A stretch of DNA of 31,817 bases from Actinomycetota bacterium (GCA_041180925.1 JBEGQQ010000028.1:1-31817); one strand, 5' to 3'; positions 1-10,754 are shown, counted from the first letter of the stretch. The notes: generated by a model from the letters alone, not told the origin. Translations and numbers: made by a program.

Positions 1-440
1 AAATAAACGATTTGCAAGAGCCGACTGCGAAAATGAGTAAATCTGCAGCAAGTGCTGCTGGCGTAATCGAATTAATGGATTCGCCAGATGTAAATTTAAA
101 GAAATTTAAAAGTGCCGTAACCGATACTGGAAAAGAAGTGGTTTTTGATGAAAAAAATAAGCCAGGCATTAGTAATTTGTTAACGATTCATTCAGCAATT
201 TCCGGTGTCAAAATTAAAGATTTAGAAAACGAATTTGCCGGTAAAGGTTACGGAGATTTTAAAATGGCGGTCGCAGAAGTTGTAGTTGAACATCTAAAAC
301 CAATTCGTGAAAAAGCACTCGATCTACTCGAAGACGAAACAGAATTAATTAAAATCTTACGTGACGGGGCAAGTCGTGCAAAAGTAACTGCGAATAAAAC
401 ATTAACTCAGACTTATAAAGCTTTAGGACTTGTTCTTTAA
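1..440 (+). CDS. trpS: Tryptophanyl-tRNA synthetase, C-terminal part (5' end outside the window)
   Basis: Frame is open from position 3: [14 protein letters not shown] (class I KMSKS motif), followed by [16 protein letters not shown] and [11 protein letters not shown], all typical of TrpRS. Confidence 0.95.
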   Translation, partial: INDLQEPTAKMSKSAASAAGVIELMDSPDVNLKKFKSAVTDTGKEVVFDEKNKPGISNLLTIHSAISGVKIKDLENEFAGKGYGDFKMAVAEVVVEHLKPIREKALDLLEDETELIKILRDGASRAKVTANKTLTQTYKALGLVL

Positions 441-2152
441 TTTGTAATTTCACAAAGTGCCGTGCCGCTGGCGACAGTTTCGCCAACTTCTGCAACTAGA
501 TTGGATACAGTTCCGGCTTTATGCGCTGTCAACTGTTGCTCCATTTTCATAGCTTCAAGAACAATTAATAAATCGCCAACTTCAACTTTGTCACCATTTT
601 TGACGGCAATTTTTACTACGGTGCCTTGCATTGGGCTTAATAATGCATCGCCAGCTGCGCCGCCAGCAAAACTTTTACCTTTTCGATGGCGTTTATGAAT
701 TGGATCCGGGGCATGAATTAAGACCTCAAATCGATGCCCATCTATCTCTGCGATCAAATGTTCTGGAGCTGCATGTGTTTGGATTCCACCGAGCGAACCA
801 TTAAATGGTGAAATCTCGTTTACAAATTCGTTTTCGATGTAACTTGTATAAACTTTGAAGTTCTTAACATAGTTATCATCGTTCAAGATAGCTTTATGAA
901 ACGGAATTGCTGTAGCTAGACCGTCAATTTCAAATTCGGCGAGTGCGCGACGTGACCGCTCGATTGCTTCTTCGCGAGTACGCCCAGTCACAATTAATTT
1001 TGCAAGGAGTGAATCGAAGTTCCCGCCGATTACATCATTCTTTCTAAAACCAGCATCTACTCGAACGCCTGGACCAGTCGGCAAAGACCATTTGGTGATA
1101 CTTCCTGGAGCTGGCAAGAAATTTCGACCTGGGTCTTCACCATTAATTCGAAATTCGATTGAATGGCCACGAATTTCTGGATCACCCAGATCCAATTTCT
1201 TTCCATCTGCAATATCAAATTGAGCGCGAACTAAATCGAGTCCAGTCGCTTCTTCCGATACCGGATGTTCTACTTGCAAGCGGGTGTTCACTTCTAAGAA
1301 TGAGATCGTGCCATCTACACCAACCAAGAATTCGCAAGTTCCGGCACCTTGATAGCCCGCCTCTTTCATGATTGCTTTACTTGCGCGATATAGCTCAGCA
1401 TTTTGTTCGTCAGTTAAAAATGGCGCTGGAGCCTCTTCGACTAGTTTTTGATGGCGCCGTTGTAAAGAACAGTCGCGCGTAGAGACCACAATTACGTTTC
1501 CATGTTTATCGGCAAGACATTGAGTTTCAACGTGGCGTGGTTTATCTAAGTATCTTTCAACGAAACATTCACCACGACCAAAACCAGTAATTGCCTCTCG
1601 AACTGCAGATGCATAAAGCTCTGGAATTTCTTCGATGGTTCGCGCAACCTTTAAGCCCCGTCCGCCACCACCATGTGCTGCTTTGATTGCAACCGGGAGC
1701 CCATGTTCTTTCGCAAAGGCAATAACTTCATCATGATCCTTGACTGGATCTTTAGTTCCAGCAACAAGTGGTGCGCCAGCTTTTGCTGCAATTTTGCGTG
1801 CAGAGACTTTATCGCCAAGGGCTTTAATTGCCGATGGTGGCGGCCCAATCCAAGTTAATCCCGCATCAATGACTGCTTGGGCAAATTCAGCGTTCTCAGA
1901 CAAGAACCCATATCCAGGATGTACTGCATCAGATTTTGATTCCTTGGCAATCTGTATCAGTTTCTCAATATTTAAATAAGTTTGCGCAGCTGTTAATCCA
2001 TTTAATGAATAAGATGCATCGGCAACAGTTGTATGAAGTGCACTGCGATCTTCTTCAGAATAAACTGCAACGCTCTCGATTCCGTGATCTTTACAAGCGC
2101 GGGCAACCCTTACCGCGATTTCACCGCGGTTAGCAATCAAAACTCGCTTCAT
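437..2152 (-). CDS. bccA: Acetyl/propionyl-CoA carboxylase alpha subunit (biotin carboxylase fused to BCCP)
   Basis: [48 protein letters not shown]; C-terminal biotinylation motif EAMKM. Confidence 0.96.
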   Translation of the reverse strand: MKRVLIANRGEIAVRVARACKDHGIESVAVYSEEDRSALHTTVADASYSLNGLTAAQTYLNIEKLIQIAKESKSDAVHPGYGFLSENAEFAQAVIDAGLTWIGPPPSAIKALGDKVSARKIAAKAGAPLVAGTKDPVKDHDEVIAFAKEHGLPVAIKAAHGGGGRGLKVARTIEEIPELYASAVREAITGFGRGECFVERYLDKPRHVETQCLADKHGNVIVVSTRDCSLQRRHQKLVEEAPAPFLTDEQNAELYRASKAIMKEAGYQGAGTCEFLVGVDGTISFLEVNTRLQVEHPVSEEATGLDLVRAQFDIADGKKLDLGDPEIRGHSIEFRINGEDPGRNFLPAPGSITKWSLPTGPGVRVDAGFRKNDVIGGNFDSLLAKLIVTGRTREEAIERSRRALAEFEIDGLATAIPFHKAILNDDNYVKNFKVYTSYIENEFVNEISPFNGSLGGIQTHAAPEHLIAEIDGHRFEVLIHAPDPIHKRHRKGKSFAGGAAGDALLSPMQGTVVKIAVKNGDKVEVGDLLIVLEAMKMEQQLTAHKAGTVSNLVAEVGETVASGTALCEITN

Positions 2153-2760
2153 ATTAAAGATCCAATCTTTTTTGCTGCTGGCCAGGAATAGCCTAAGTGA
2201 ATAAAGGTCTTTCTTAGGTAAGGCATTGAAATACCAACCACGTTCGTGTAATCCCCATCTATCGAGCTGATAAATGGCGAGCTAAATCCATCTAACGTAA
2301 ATCCACCTGCTACGCGAAGTGGTTCGCCAGTGGCAACGTAATCTTCAATTTCAATTTCGCTCATTAGGTCAAAGGTGACTGCAGTTGTTACCCGATCGGC
2401 AATTTCTCGATCTTGAGCGGTATCAATTATGCAATGTCCGGTATGTAAGAGCCCAGTTTTGCCACTTAACCTTTTAGCCCGCGCAACTGCAATTTCAGGT
2501 GTGGCCGGTTTTCCAAAAGACTCACCTTCAAATTCAAAAGTTGAATCACAACCAATGATGATGGCATCTCCAGTAATTTGTTCACGCACGGTATGTGCTT
2601 TGGTAATTGCTAGGGCAATTACCAGATCTTTTGGACTCATGGCATTGAAGTGATCAGTTTCTTCGTCAACGTTGCTAACAAAAATTTCAGGCGCCAACCC
2701 AGCACCTTCAAGTAATCGCTTACGGGAAGGTGACGCTGAGGCGAGAATTAAACGGGGCAT
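2149..2760 (-). CDS. maf: Maf-family nucleoside triphosphate pyrophosphatase
   Basis: [44 protein letters not shown] at 2760 overlaps the accE stop (TGATG), so it is preferred over TTG 2763. Confidence 0.92.
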   Translation of the reverse strand: MPRLILASASPSRKRLLEGAGLAPEIFVSNVDEETDHFNAMSPKDLVIALAITKAHTVREQITGDAIIIGCDSTFEFEGESFGKPATPEIAVARAKRLSGKTGLLHTGHCIIDTAQDREIADRVTTAVTFDLMSEIEIEDYVATGEPLRVAGGFTLDGFSSPFISSIDGDYTNVVGISMPYLRKTFIHLGYSWPAAKKIGSLI

Positions 2761-2945
2761 CAAACGTTCCGACCAGCTCCAAATTTAACTTGCTGCGGCA
2801 TTTTCAAACGCATTTGCGGAGCTGCCCAATTACTTCGCTTTACAAGTGGTGCGCGTTCAATTCGCACATGGTTGTCAGCGACTATTTGCAGCACTTGCAA
2901 CTCTTCGGGAGTTGGATTTCCACTGATGACCGTAAATTTCATCAT
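2760..2945 (-). CDS. accE: Acyl-CoA carboxylase epsilon subunit
   Basis: 61 aa with [14 protein letters not shown] and a downstream SNWAAP motif; ATGA-coupled directly after the beta subunit, the usual position of AccE. Confidence 0.85.
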   Translation of the reverse strand: MMKFTVISGNPTPEELQVLQIVADNHVRIERAPLVKRSNWAAPQMRLKMPQQVKFGAGRNV

Positions 2946-4513
2946 AATGGGATATTTCCATGTTTCTTTGGTGGCAGAGAATCTCGTTTAGTTTTTAATG
3001 TTCGTAAAACCTTTGTAATGTATTCACGACTCTGACTTGGCTCAATAACTGCATCAACAATTCCACGTTCGGCAGCGTTATAAGGATTTGCCAGCGTTTC
3101 GTTATATTCCTTAACAAGTTTCGCCCGAAGTGCTTCAGGATCTTTACTCTCAGCTAACTCTTTTCGGTAAAGAATATTTACGGCACCTTGTCCGCCCATC
3201 ACAGCAATTTCTGCAGTTGGCCAGGCAAAGACGACGTCGCCTCCAATTTGTTTAGAACCCATCACAATGTAGGCGCCACCATAAGCTTTTCGAGTTACCA
3301 GCGTTACCAACGGAACCGTTGCTTCAGCGTATGCGTAAAGCAATTTTGCACCTCGGCGAATGATGCCATCCCATTCTTGTTCGGTTCCTGGCAAAAATCC
3401 TGGAACGTCAACTAACGTGACAATTGGAATGTTAAAGGCATCGCAAAATCTCAAAAACCTAGCAGCTTTTTCGCTCGAATTAATATCTAACGTTCCGGCA
3501 AATTGTTGCGGTTGATTAGCAATAATTCCAACGCTCTCGCCTTCAATTCGCCCAAAACCGACCACGATATTTGGCGCATACAAAGCTTGAACTTCTAAAA
3601 ATTCACCTTCATCTAAAAGTGCGTGAATCAAAACCTTGATGTCGTAAGGTTGATTTGGACTATCTGGGATCAAAGTATCAAGAGCGATGTCAGTTGCTTT
3701 GCGAGCTAATGTTTCGGTTGCCGGCAAATGTGGCGCGCCGTCCATATTGTTACTTGGTAAATATGAAAGTAAAGACTTTACATAATCAATCGCATCTTCT
3801 TCATTCTCCGCCAAATAATGAGCATTTCCAGTTCGGGTGTTATGAGTGTGAGCGCCACCAAGTTCTTCCATTCCAACTTCTTCACCGGTAACGGTTTTGA
3901 TAACTTCTGGTCCCGTGATGAACATATGAGATTTTTCATTCACCATGATTGTGAAATCGGTTAGTGCAGGTGAATAAGCTGCTCCGCCAGCGCAAGGTCC
4001 AAGAATCAAAGAAATCTGTGGGATTACACCTGAAGATCGAGTATTTAATCTAAAGATTGAGCCATAGCCACCAAGAGCTTGCACGCCTTCTTGAATTCGA
4101 GCACCACCAGAATCATTTATTCCAATCAATGGAATTCCATTCTTCAATGCAAATTCCATAATTTTTTTCATCTTTTCACCAAAAACTTCACCAAGACTTC
4201 CGCCCATGATTGTGAAATCTTGTGAATAAACGGCAACGCTTCGATTGTCCACTGTTCCAAAACCAATCACAACGCCATCGCCGTAAGGGCGATTGTTTTG
4301 CATTCCGAAGTTGTAGGAACGATGCCGAGCGAATTCATCCATTTCTTGGAATGAACCCTCATCTAGGAGCAGTGCGATTCTTTCGCGCGCAGTTAACTTG
4401 CCCTTGGCATGTTGTTTTTCAATAGCGCGAGCCGAACCAGCGTGAACTGCTTCGTCTATTCGATCACGTAAGTCTTGAATCTTGCCTGCCGTTGTATGCA
4501 AATCCTTGGTCAT
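2942..4513 (-). CDS. pccB: Acyl-CoA carboxylase beta (carboxyltransferase) subunit, PccB/AccD5-like
   Basis: [59 protein letters not shown]. Confidence 0.95.
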   Translation of the reverse strand: MTKDLHTTAGKIQDLRDRIDEAVHAGSARAIEKQHAKGKLTARERIALLLDEGSFQEMDEFARHRSYNFGMQNNRPYGDGVVIGFGTVDNRSVAVYSQDFTIMGGSLGEVFGEKMKKIMEFALKNGIPLIGINDSGGARIQEGVQALGGYGSIFRLNTRSSGVIPQISLILGPCAGGAAYSPALTDFTIMVNEKSHMFITGPEVIKTVTGEEVGMEELGGAHTHNTRTGNAHYLAENEEDAIDYVKSLLSYLPSNNMDGAPHLPATETLARKATDIALDTLIPDSPNQPYDIKVLIHALLDEGEFLEVQALYAPNIVVGFGRIEGESVGIIANQPQQFAGTLDINSSEKAARFLRFCDAFNIPIVTLVDVPGFLPGTEQEWDGIIRRGAKLLYAYAEATVPLVTLVTRKAYGGAYIVMGSKQIGGDVVFAWPTAEIAVMGGQGAVNILYRKELAESKDPEALRAKLVKEYNETLANPYNAAERGIVDAVIEPSQSREYITKVLRTLKTKRDSLPPKKHGNIPL

Positions 4514-4518
4514 ACCCC

Positions 4519-4525
4519 TACCTTA
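4519..4525. promoter_or_regulatory. Overlapping divergent -10 elements for leaderless birA (+) and pccB (-)
   Basis: TACCTTA reads TACCTT on + (7 nt before ATG 4532) and TAAGGT on - (6 nt before ATG 4513), within an 18-nt intergenic gap. Confidence 0.6.
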
Positions 4526-4531
4526 CTAACC

Positions 4532-5269
4532 ATGGGAGTGGAGTGGCATCGCATCAGCCTCAGCGAGGAAATTATTAATGCTGGTGTATCACCTTACTGG
4601 CGAGTAAGAGTGATAAACGAAACTACTTCAACGCAAAATGAAATAGGAAAAATAATTAGTTCCGGAGCAGCACAATCTGGCGAAGTATTGATTGCAGAAT
4701 ATCAAAGTGAAGGTCGCGGAAGATTAGAACGAAAATTTATTGCACCGCCAAAGAGTTCACTCCTATTTTCTATCTACTTACAAAATGATTTTGATTTAAA
4801 TTGGATTCCGCTTATTGCTGGGATAGGTGTTTGCAAAGCGATTCCTGAAGCTAAATTAAAATGGCCAAACGATATTATTCTAAATGACAAAAAATGCGGC
4901 GGAGTACTCTCTGAAAAAGTTAGCAGTGGTGTAATTGTTGGAATTGGAATTAATGTCTATCAAACTAACGAAGAACTTCCAGTCCCTGAGGCAACGTCAC
5001 TTTCACTAAACGGAATTATTAAAAATCGGAACGAATTATTGGTTGCAATTCTTCAAGAGATTGGGAAATTGATCAGGAATTGGCCAACCAATAAATCGGA
5101 AATTCACCAAAGTTACGTGGAACTGTGCGCAACCCTTGGCCGAAAAGTTGAAGCAACGCTTCCGAATGGTGAAAAAATAACTGGTGTGGCCAACGGCATT
5201 ACCGAAGATGGCGAACTTTTAGTTGGAAACATGAAGATAAATGTCGGAGACATTCTTCATTTAAGATAG
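4532..5269 (+). CDS. birA: Biotin--[acetyl-CoA carboxylase] ligase, group I (no HTH)
   Basis: TTSTQ, AEYQSEGRGRLER, LKWPNDI, KKCGGVL, GIGINV, C-terminal SH3-like domain. Start moved to ATG 4532 because the track start 4475 overlaps pccB and a -10 lies 7 nt before 4532. Confidence 0.92.
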   Translation: MGVEWHRISLSEEIINAGVSPYWRVRVINETTSTQNEIGKIISSGAAQSGEVLIAEYQSEGRGRLERKFIAPPKSSLLFSIYLQNDFDLNWIPLIAGIGVCKAIPEAKLKWPNDIILNDKKCGGVLSEKVSSGVIVGIGINVYQTNEELPVPEATSLSLNGIIKNRNELLVAILQEIGKLIRNWPTNKSEIHQSYVELCATLGRKVEATLPNGEKITGVANGITEDGELLVGNMKINVGDILHLR

Positions 5270-5273
5270 CTAG

Positions 5274-6143
5274 ATGAAATCAAATTGGCCTCGAGTTGCA
5301 ATTCTTGGTCCGCATTATTTGACAGAAATTTTTAAAAGTCCCGCAAATGCATTAGGTATCGATCTAGTACCAATTTCAAATTCTAAATACACCGATGAAA
5401 TATTTAAAAAAGCAACTGGTTGCGATCTGGTGATTTCGGCCAGTGCAGATTTTTCGCCATCAAAGATTAAAAGGCTGGAACAGCAAGGCCTAAGAGTCCG
5501 TCCGACGTCTACCACAATTGAAAAGGTTGTTGGATTACAAAAAGAGATTGACCATGAAATTGATATCAAGGCGCAACTAATCTCAGTTGCAGTAGCTCGA
5601 TCGCCACATGGTCAAGCAAGCTCTTGGGCTCCAACCTTAATGAGGGGGACCACAACGATAACTCCGGTGCCAAATCTAAAGACCGAAATTCATGAAAAGT
5701 TGCAAGCTAGCGCACTTGAGATTGCTGAAAGAATTAATTTAGTTGGTGTAATTTCGGTTAAATATCAATTGATTAAAGACAATTTCAGAATATTTGATTT
5801 AGATATTGGGATTGTTCAAAACTGTATGTGGACACTGAATGGTTCAGTCACCAATATTTTTGAGCAGTATTTACGTTCAGCTTTAGATTTACCACTAGGA
5901 GATACCTCGCTAATTTCTGAAAACATAGTTTCTGGCCAAATTTCGAACGGCAGTAAAAAAGATATGTATCGACCATATCTTCATCTGATGGCTCGAAGCC
6001 CAAAGTTAAAATTTTTTCAATATCGTAATGACCCAGAGTTAGACATAAACGGTCACATTTCAATATCGGGCGAGAACTTAGAGGTGTTGATTGAAGAAAT
6101 TCAGCATGCCCAAGATTATTTCAGTGGCTCTATTGAGGATTAA
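5274..6143 (+). CDS. Degenerate PurK-like (ATP-grasp-derived) protein; catalytic motifs and B domain missing
   Basis: Retains actinobacterial PurK segments (GCDLV, LEQQGLRVRP, ARSPHGQA, FEQYLRSALDLPLGD, DMYRPYLHLMARSP, C-terminal YFSGSIED) in the birA-purK position. Lacks GGGQL, GYDGxG and RPHNSGH. TAAGAT -10 at 5262-5267. Confidence 0.8.
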   Translation: MKSNWPRVAILGPHYLTEIFKSPANALGIDLVPISNSKYTDEIFKKATGCDLVISASADFSPSKIKRLEQQGLRVRPTSTTIEKVVGLQKEIDHEIDIKAQLISVAVARSPHGQASSWAPTLMRGTTTITPVPNLKTEIHEKLQASALEIAERINLVGVISVKYQLIKDNFRIFDLDIGIVQNCMWTLNGSVTNIFEQYLRSALDLPLGDTSLISENIVSGQISNGSKKDMYRPYLHLMARSPKLKFFQYRNDPELDINGHISISGENLEVLIEEIQHAQDYFSGSIED

Positions 6144-7450
6144 TTACTTCTACCAAGTGCGTGAAAATGCCACCCATTTGCTCGATATTTTTCACGGTCC
6201 AACATATTTCGCCCATCAATTAAATTCTTATCTGCGACTAAAGTGCCAAGTTTGGCTGGATCCAAATCTCGGTACTCTCGCCATTCAGTTAGATGCAGAA
6301 TCAAATTAGCTCCGGTAACACATTTTTCTAAGTTTGATTCATAATTCAATTTTGGAAAACGAGCGCGGGCGTTTTCAATTGCTTTTGGATCATGAACTGT
6401 AACTTGGGCCCCAGCTTCGAATAGTTGTAATGAAATATCAAGCGCAGGAGAATCACGCACATCGTCGCTATCGGGTTTGAATGCTGCTCCTAAAACTGCA
6501 ATCCGAAGTGATTTTAAATCTGTTGTGAATTCACTTCGGACTACATCGATTAAACGCTGGCGCGCGCGTAGGTTGATGGAATCAATATCGCTTAAAAACT
6601 CTAGCGCTTGACTTGCACCTAGTTCTTCAACTCGGGACATAAATGCTCGGATATCTTTCGGGAGGCAACCACCACCGAATCCAATTCCGGCTTGCAAGAA
6701 TCGATTTCCAATTCGAGGGTCATGTCCGATTGCCTCAGCTAAAACTTTTACATCGCCCCCAGCAGCTTCACAAACCTCAGCCATCGCGTTAATAAACGAA
6801 ATTTTGGTGGCTAAAAACGAATTCGCTGCCACCTTAACAAGTTCTGCAGTAGGCAAGTCTGCGCGAATCCAAGGCGTATTTTCAGCCAGATTCTTTTTGT
6901 AAACCTCGCGTAAAATATTTTCAGCGCGGTCGCTGGTTACTCCCACAACTAACCGATTTGGATGAAGCGTATCTTCGACCGCAAATCCTTCCCGCAAGAA
7001 TTCTGGGTTCCAAGCAAGCTCGGCTTGGGGCGCCAAATTTGCCAATTTTTCGCGCAACATTTGAGCTGTGCCAACCGGAACCGTAGATTTACCAACTAGC
7101 AATGAACCCGGTTTTAAATGGGGCGCAATTGCACTAACTGCCGCTTCGACAAAGGATAGATCTGCCGCCAGACTATTATTTTTTTGCGGCGTGCCAACAC
7201 ATAAAAAATGCACATCACAATCCTTGACCGCCGAAATATCAGTGCTGAATTTTAGGCGCCCGGATTTAACTTCAGTACTCAGCAACTCTGCTAATCCGGG
7301 TTCGTAAAAAGGAAGTGCGCCCGTTTCCAAAATTTTTATTTTTGATGAGTCAGTATCGATTCCGATAGTTTCAAATCCCATATTCGCCATACAGGCCGCA
7401 TGGGTTGCACCTAGGTATCCAGTACCAATAACTGAAATTTTTAGAGTCAT
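6140..7450 (-). CDS. ugd: UDP-glucose/GDP-mannose 6-dehydrogenase
   Basis: VIGTGYLG, FLCVGTP, NPEFLREG, KVAANSFLATKISFIN, catalytic GFGGGCLPKD, FKPDSDDVRDSP. Start at ATG 7450, or GTG 7459. Confidence 0.94.
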   Translation of the reverse strand: MTLKISVIGTGYLGATHAACMANMGFETIGIDTDSSKIKILETGALPFYEPGLAELLSTEVKSGRLKFSTDISAVKDCDVHFLCVGTPQKNNSLAADLSFVEAAVSAIAPHLKPGSLLVGKSTVPVGTAQMLREKLANLAPQAELAWNPEFLREGFAVEDTLHPNRLVVGVTSDRAENILREVYKKNLAENTPWIRADLPTAELVKVAANSFLATKISFINAMAEVCEAAGGDVKVLAEAIGHDPRIGNRFLQAGIGFGGGCLPKDIRAFMSRVEELGASQALEFLSDIDSINLRARQRLIDVVRSEFTTDLKSLRIAVLGAAFKPDSDDVRDSPALDISLQLFEAGAQVTVHDPKAIENARARFPKLNYESNLEKCVTGANLILHLTEWREYRDLDPAKLGTLVADKNLIDGRNMLDREKYRANGWHFHALGRSN

Positions 7451-7466
7451 TATGGCCACAAGTGTA

Positions 7467-8561
7467 TTACTTGAGCGAGCCGCACGGATTTTCGCTTGCG
7501 GTTCGAGTCTTGAATTTATCTACCTTTTTTACTGATTTATCACTCTTATTCTTTACAACATCAATCACTGGTAAATCTTTACGAAGTCTATTCCACAGAT
7601 CTGGCGCAAGCTCTGGATCCCACAAAACTGCCGACCCAACAGAGGGCGTAAAGTAATTTGTATTAGCAAGAGGGACTGTCAAAGTTCTAACTTTTCCAGG
7701 TCTTAGATTTCTGATTTGTTTTGCCAACGTCACTAAATCACCTTGATTTAATTCCGAATCCGTTTGGACCGTCTTCAAAACTGCTTTCAATAAGTTATTA
7801 AGTTTTATTGGATTTAACAGCACTCCTGAACTTGTCGCCTCTCGGAAGACTGCGCTAACAAATTGTTGTTGGCGTTGCATCCGTCCTAAATCACCCATTC
7901 CGTCAAAGGCACGAGTTCGGACATATTTCAACGCATCTAATCCGTCTAATCTATGAACTCCAGCAGCCATGACTAGATGGCTTTTCGGATCATTTATCGG
8001 AACTTTGCTGCAAACAGTTATGCCACCTAACGCATCCACCATACTCTTAAATCCTAAGAAACTAACTTCAACGTAATGATCGATTCGCAAATTGGTCATC
8101 GATTCTAAAGTTTTAATTAGAAGTGGCGCGCCACCCCAATTGAAAGCGGCGTTAATTTTTGCTGGGGTTTCTGGAATTGATTTCTTGCCATCCATACTTA
8201 TATGAGCTGGAATGACGGCGTAGGTATCTCTAGGGATTGAAATAATTACTGCTTTATCTCGCTTTTTACTAATGTGAATAAGCATCATGGTGTCAGAGCG
8301 AGCACCATCTGCAACTTTTCTCGAGCCAACTTTTAATTCTTTAATTTCAGCTTTGGTTAATCCGATTCGAGTGTCAGAACCAACAACTAGATAATTCACT
8401 GCAGTTGATACGCGATCAGGGCGGTTAGTTAATTTTCCAAAGACATCAATTCGTTTGATTGATCCGGAAACTTGCCCGAGACCCAGCCAAACTCCGCTAG
8501 CGAGCACGACAATTCCGACCGATACCCAGGTAAAAATTTTGATTGCGCGCTTGGATTTCAC
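7467..8561 (-). CDS. LCP (LytR-CpsA-Psr) family cell-wall glycopolymer transferase
   Basis: N-terminal TM helix; LVVGSD, ARSDTMM, SIPRDTY, KINAAF, YVRTR, DLGRMQRQQ. GTG 8561 chosen because TAGGCT (8569-8574, minus) lies 7 nt upstream. Confidence 0.92.
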   Translation of the reverse strand: MKSKRAIKIFTWVSVGIVVLASGVWLGLGQVSGSIKRIDVFGKLTNRPDRVSTAVNYLVVGSDTRIGLTKAEIKELKVGSRKVADGARSDTMMLIHISKKRDKAVIISIPRDTYAVIPAHISMDGKKSIPETPAKINAAFNWGGAPLLIKTLESMTNLRIDHYVEVSFLGFKSMVDALGGITVCSKVPINDPKSHLVMAAGVHRLDGLDALKYVRTRAFDGMGDLGRMQRQQQFVSAVFREATSSGVLLNPIKLNNLLKAVLKTVQTDSELNQGDLVTLAKQIRNLRPGKVRTLTVPLANTNYFTPSVGSAVLWDPELAPDLWNRLRKDLPVIDVVKNKSDKSVKKVDKFKTRTASENPCGSLK

Positions 8562-8598
8562 GTGCGAAAGCCTATCGGGGCGATAGCGTGAGCCACGT

Positions 8599-9564
8599 AT
8601 GTCGCAGCCCACTAAAGATCAAGTCTCGGTAATTCTTCCAGTTTTAAATGAAGCCGATTATCTGCAAGATGCTCTCGCGCCAATTCTTGGCCAAGAATTT
8701 CATGGCGAACTTGAAGTTATTTTGGCAATTGGTCCATCTAAAGATAGAACAATGGAGATTGCAAAAAAGATTAGCGAACGCGATCCTCGAGTAATAATTA
8801 TTGAGAACCCAAGTGGTCGAACTGCTGCTGGATTAAATCTTGCTCTAGCTAAAAGTAGATTTCCAATAATTGTTCGAGTTGATGGCCATTCTGAAATCCC
8901 AAAAAATTATGTTTCAACTGCCGTCGAAGTTCTCAAGAAAACTGGTGCCGTAAATGTTGGCGGCATGATGGCAGCACAAGGGCGCGGCTTATTCGAACGC
9001 GCGGTAGCAGCGGCAATGCGAAGTTCACTTGGAGTTGGACCAGCTAAATTTCATACCGGTGGTAACGCCGGCGAAGTAGATACGGTTTATCTCGGATCAT
9101 TTAAGCGGGAAGCCTTACTTGCAATTGGTGGGTTTAATGAAAAATTTACTCGAGCACAAGACTGGGAACTTAATTACCGATTGCGAGCCAACGGTGGCAA
9201 AATCTATTTTGATCCACGAATGGCTGTCACTTATCGACCGCGCCGATCATTAACTGCATTGGCAAAACAATACTTTGAATATGGGCGTTGGCGCCGAGCA
9301 GTGAGCAGAACTCATGTTGATACTCTTAACTTACGTTATTTAACGCCACCATTTACCTTAATTGTCTCGCTAATTTCGATAGTGGGTTCTATTTTTAATT
9401 CTATTTTAATCATTCCATTCTTTATTTATCTAGGTTTCATTTTTATTGCTTCAATGCTCCTAGGCCGCGGCTTAGAAAAACTTATTCTTCCATCTGTTTT
9501 GTTAACCATGCAGATGAGCTGGGCTTTTGGATTTCTTACTTCGCCAAAATCTATTGCCAAATGA
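8599..9564 (+). CDS. Glycosyltransferase family 2 (ExoA-like) with C-terminal TM helices
   Basis: SVILPVLNE, IIVRVDGHS (DxH), GGFNEKFTRAQDWELNYR, QYFEYGRWR. Confidence 0.9.
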   Translation: MSQPTKDQVSVILPVLNEADYLQDALAPILGQEFHGELEVILAIGPSKDRTMEIAKKISERDPRVIIIENPSGRTAAGLNLALAKSRFPIIVRVDGHSEIPKNYVSTAVEVLKKTGAVNVGGMMAAQGRGLFERAVAAAMRSSLGVGPAKFHTGGNAGEVDTVYLGSFKREALLAIGGFNEKFTRAQDWELNYRLRANGGKIYFDPRMAVTYRPRRSLTALAKQYFEYGRWRRAVSRTHVDTLNLRYLTPPFTLIVSLISIVGSIFNSILIIPFFIYLGFIFIASMLLGRGLEKLILPSVLLTMQMSWAFGFLTSPKSIAK

Positions 9565-10754
9565 AAAAATTAGTTTTTTTATTAATTTTATTTATATTCC
9601 CGGCCGCAAATGCCGCGCCCAACGCATTTAACTTCAGCGGAAAAGGTTTTGGTCATGGCGTAGGACTAAGCCAAATTGGTGCCCGAGCAATGGCGCTGCA
9701 AGGCGCAACGGCAATAGAAATTCTGACTCATTATTTTCCGGGCACTGAAATTTTGGCAGTGCCAGATAACCAAATTCTGCGGGTAAATATTGGCCATAAA
9801 CAAAAAACGATTAGATTAACGATTGCTTCAAAAACAGGTTCAATTCAAATTTTTAACAAAAGATCAGAGGAGTTAAATGAAACACCTTTAATCCCATTAA
9901 CTTTAAGCGATAAAAAAGGGGCAATTACCTTCACTACCGTTGGCAACCGGGTTTCAGTTTCAGTTTTAAACGCCGGAATCGCATCGAGTTTGCCCGTCGC
10001 AAAAGAGATGACAATCAAATGGAACCCAGGGACCGTGGTGAAGGTTTCGCCAGGCGGTGTCACATATCAGTTTGGGCAAATGCAAATAAAATCTGTTAAA
10101 TCACTCTTAGAGCTGACTAATTCGGTTTCGCTTCATAACGAATATCTTTATGGTGTAAGCGAAATGCCTTCATCTTGGAGCCCAGCAGCACTTGAAGCAC
10201 AAATTATTACTGCTAGGACCTATGCCAGTAGGAAAGCAAATAACATCCGCGTTGAGTGCGATTGTGATCTGTTTGGGTCTACTAAAGATTTGAATTTTGT
10301 CGGGAACCAAAAAATATCTGAGCCAAAATGGGGCGCCCAATGGAAAGCTGCAGTTGATGCCACAGCCATTGATGGTGAAAATGGTTATGTAATTTCATAT
10401 ATGGGGATGCCAATTTCGGCGTTCTTCTTCTCCTCATCAGCTGGAATAACCGATTCTTCAAAAAACGCTTTCGGTAGCGCGTCACCATATTTAGTTTCAG
10501 TACCTGATCCAGGCAGCCAGGATCCGAAATTGAATCCGCGGTTCTATAAATGGGAGCGCAGCGTTAGCCAAGAAAAAGTAGCTAAAGCATTTGGTTTATC
10601 AGATGTGGCCGCAATTCAAATAATTTCTCGAAATGCAACAGATAGCGTGGCCAAAGTACAAGGAATCAGCAACGATGGTAAAAAAGTAATTTTAAAGGGC
10701 GAAACGTTTAGATCTAGGACTGGATTACCTTCAACTTGGTTTTACCTAATTTGA
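9561..10754 (+). CDS. Exported SpoIID/LytB-domain peptidoglycan lytic transglycosylase
   Basis: Signal peptide; GKGFGHGVGLSQIGARAMA near the N-terminus; YLYGVSEMPSSWSPAALEAQIITARTYA; LVSVPDP; FRSRTGLPSTWF. Confidence 0.88.
   Translation: MKKLVFLLILFIFPAANAAPNAFNFSGKGFGHGVGLSQIGARAMALQGATAIEILTHYFPGTEILAVPDNQILRVNIGHKQKTIRLTIASKTGSIQIFNKRSEELNETPLIPLTLSDKKGAITFTTVGNRVSVSVLNAGIASSLPVAKEMTIKWNPGTVVKVSPGGVTYQFGQMQIKSVKSLLELTNSVSLHNEYLYGVSEMPSSWSPAALEAQIITARTYASRKANNIRVECDCDLFGSTKDLNFVGNQKISEPKWGAQWKAAVDATAIDGENGYVISYMGMPISAFFFSSSAGITDSSKNAFGSASPYLVSVPDPGSQDPKLNPRFYKWERSVSQEKVAKAFGLSDVAAIQIISRNATDSVAKVQGISNDGKKVILKGETFRSRTGLPSTWFYLI

Noticed and set aside
4475-4531. ORF-track N-terminal extensions of birA (also LCP 8562-8612, tetR 22486-22569, mshB 22474-22524)
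   Set aside because: They overlap divergent genes and show no family similarity; downstream starts fit family N-termini and, except for mshB, -10 spacing.
5274-6143. Calling the PurK-like gene a frameshifted pseudogene or a normal purK
   Set aside because: There is no stop or frameshift and the deletion is in frame, but the catalytic motifs are missing, so neither label is supported.
9561-10754. SpoIID plus WhiB as evidence for sporulation
   Set aside because: Both families are common in non-sporulating actinobacteria, and no other developmental genes are in the window.
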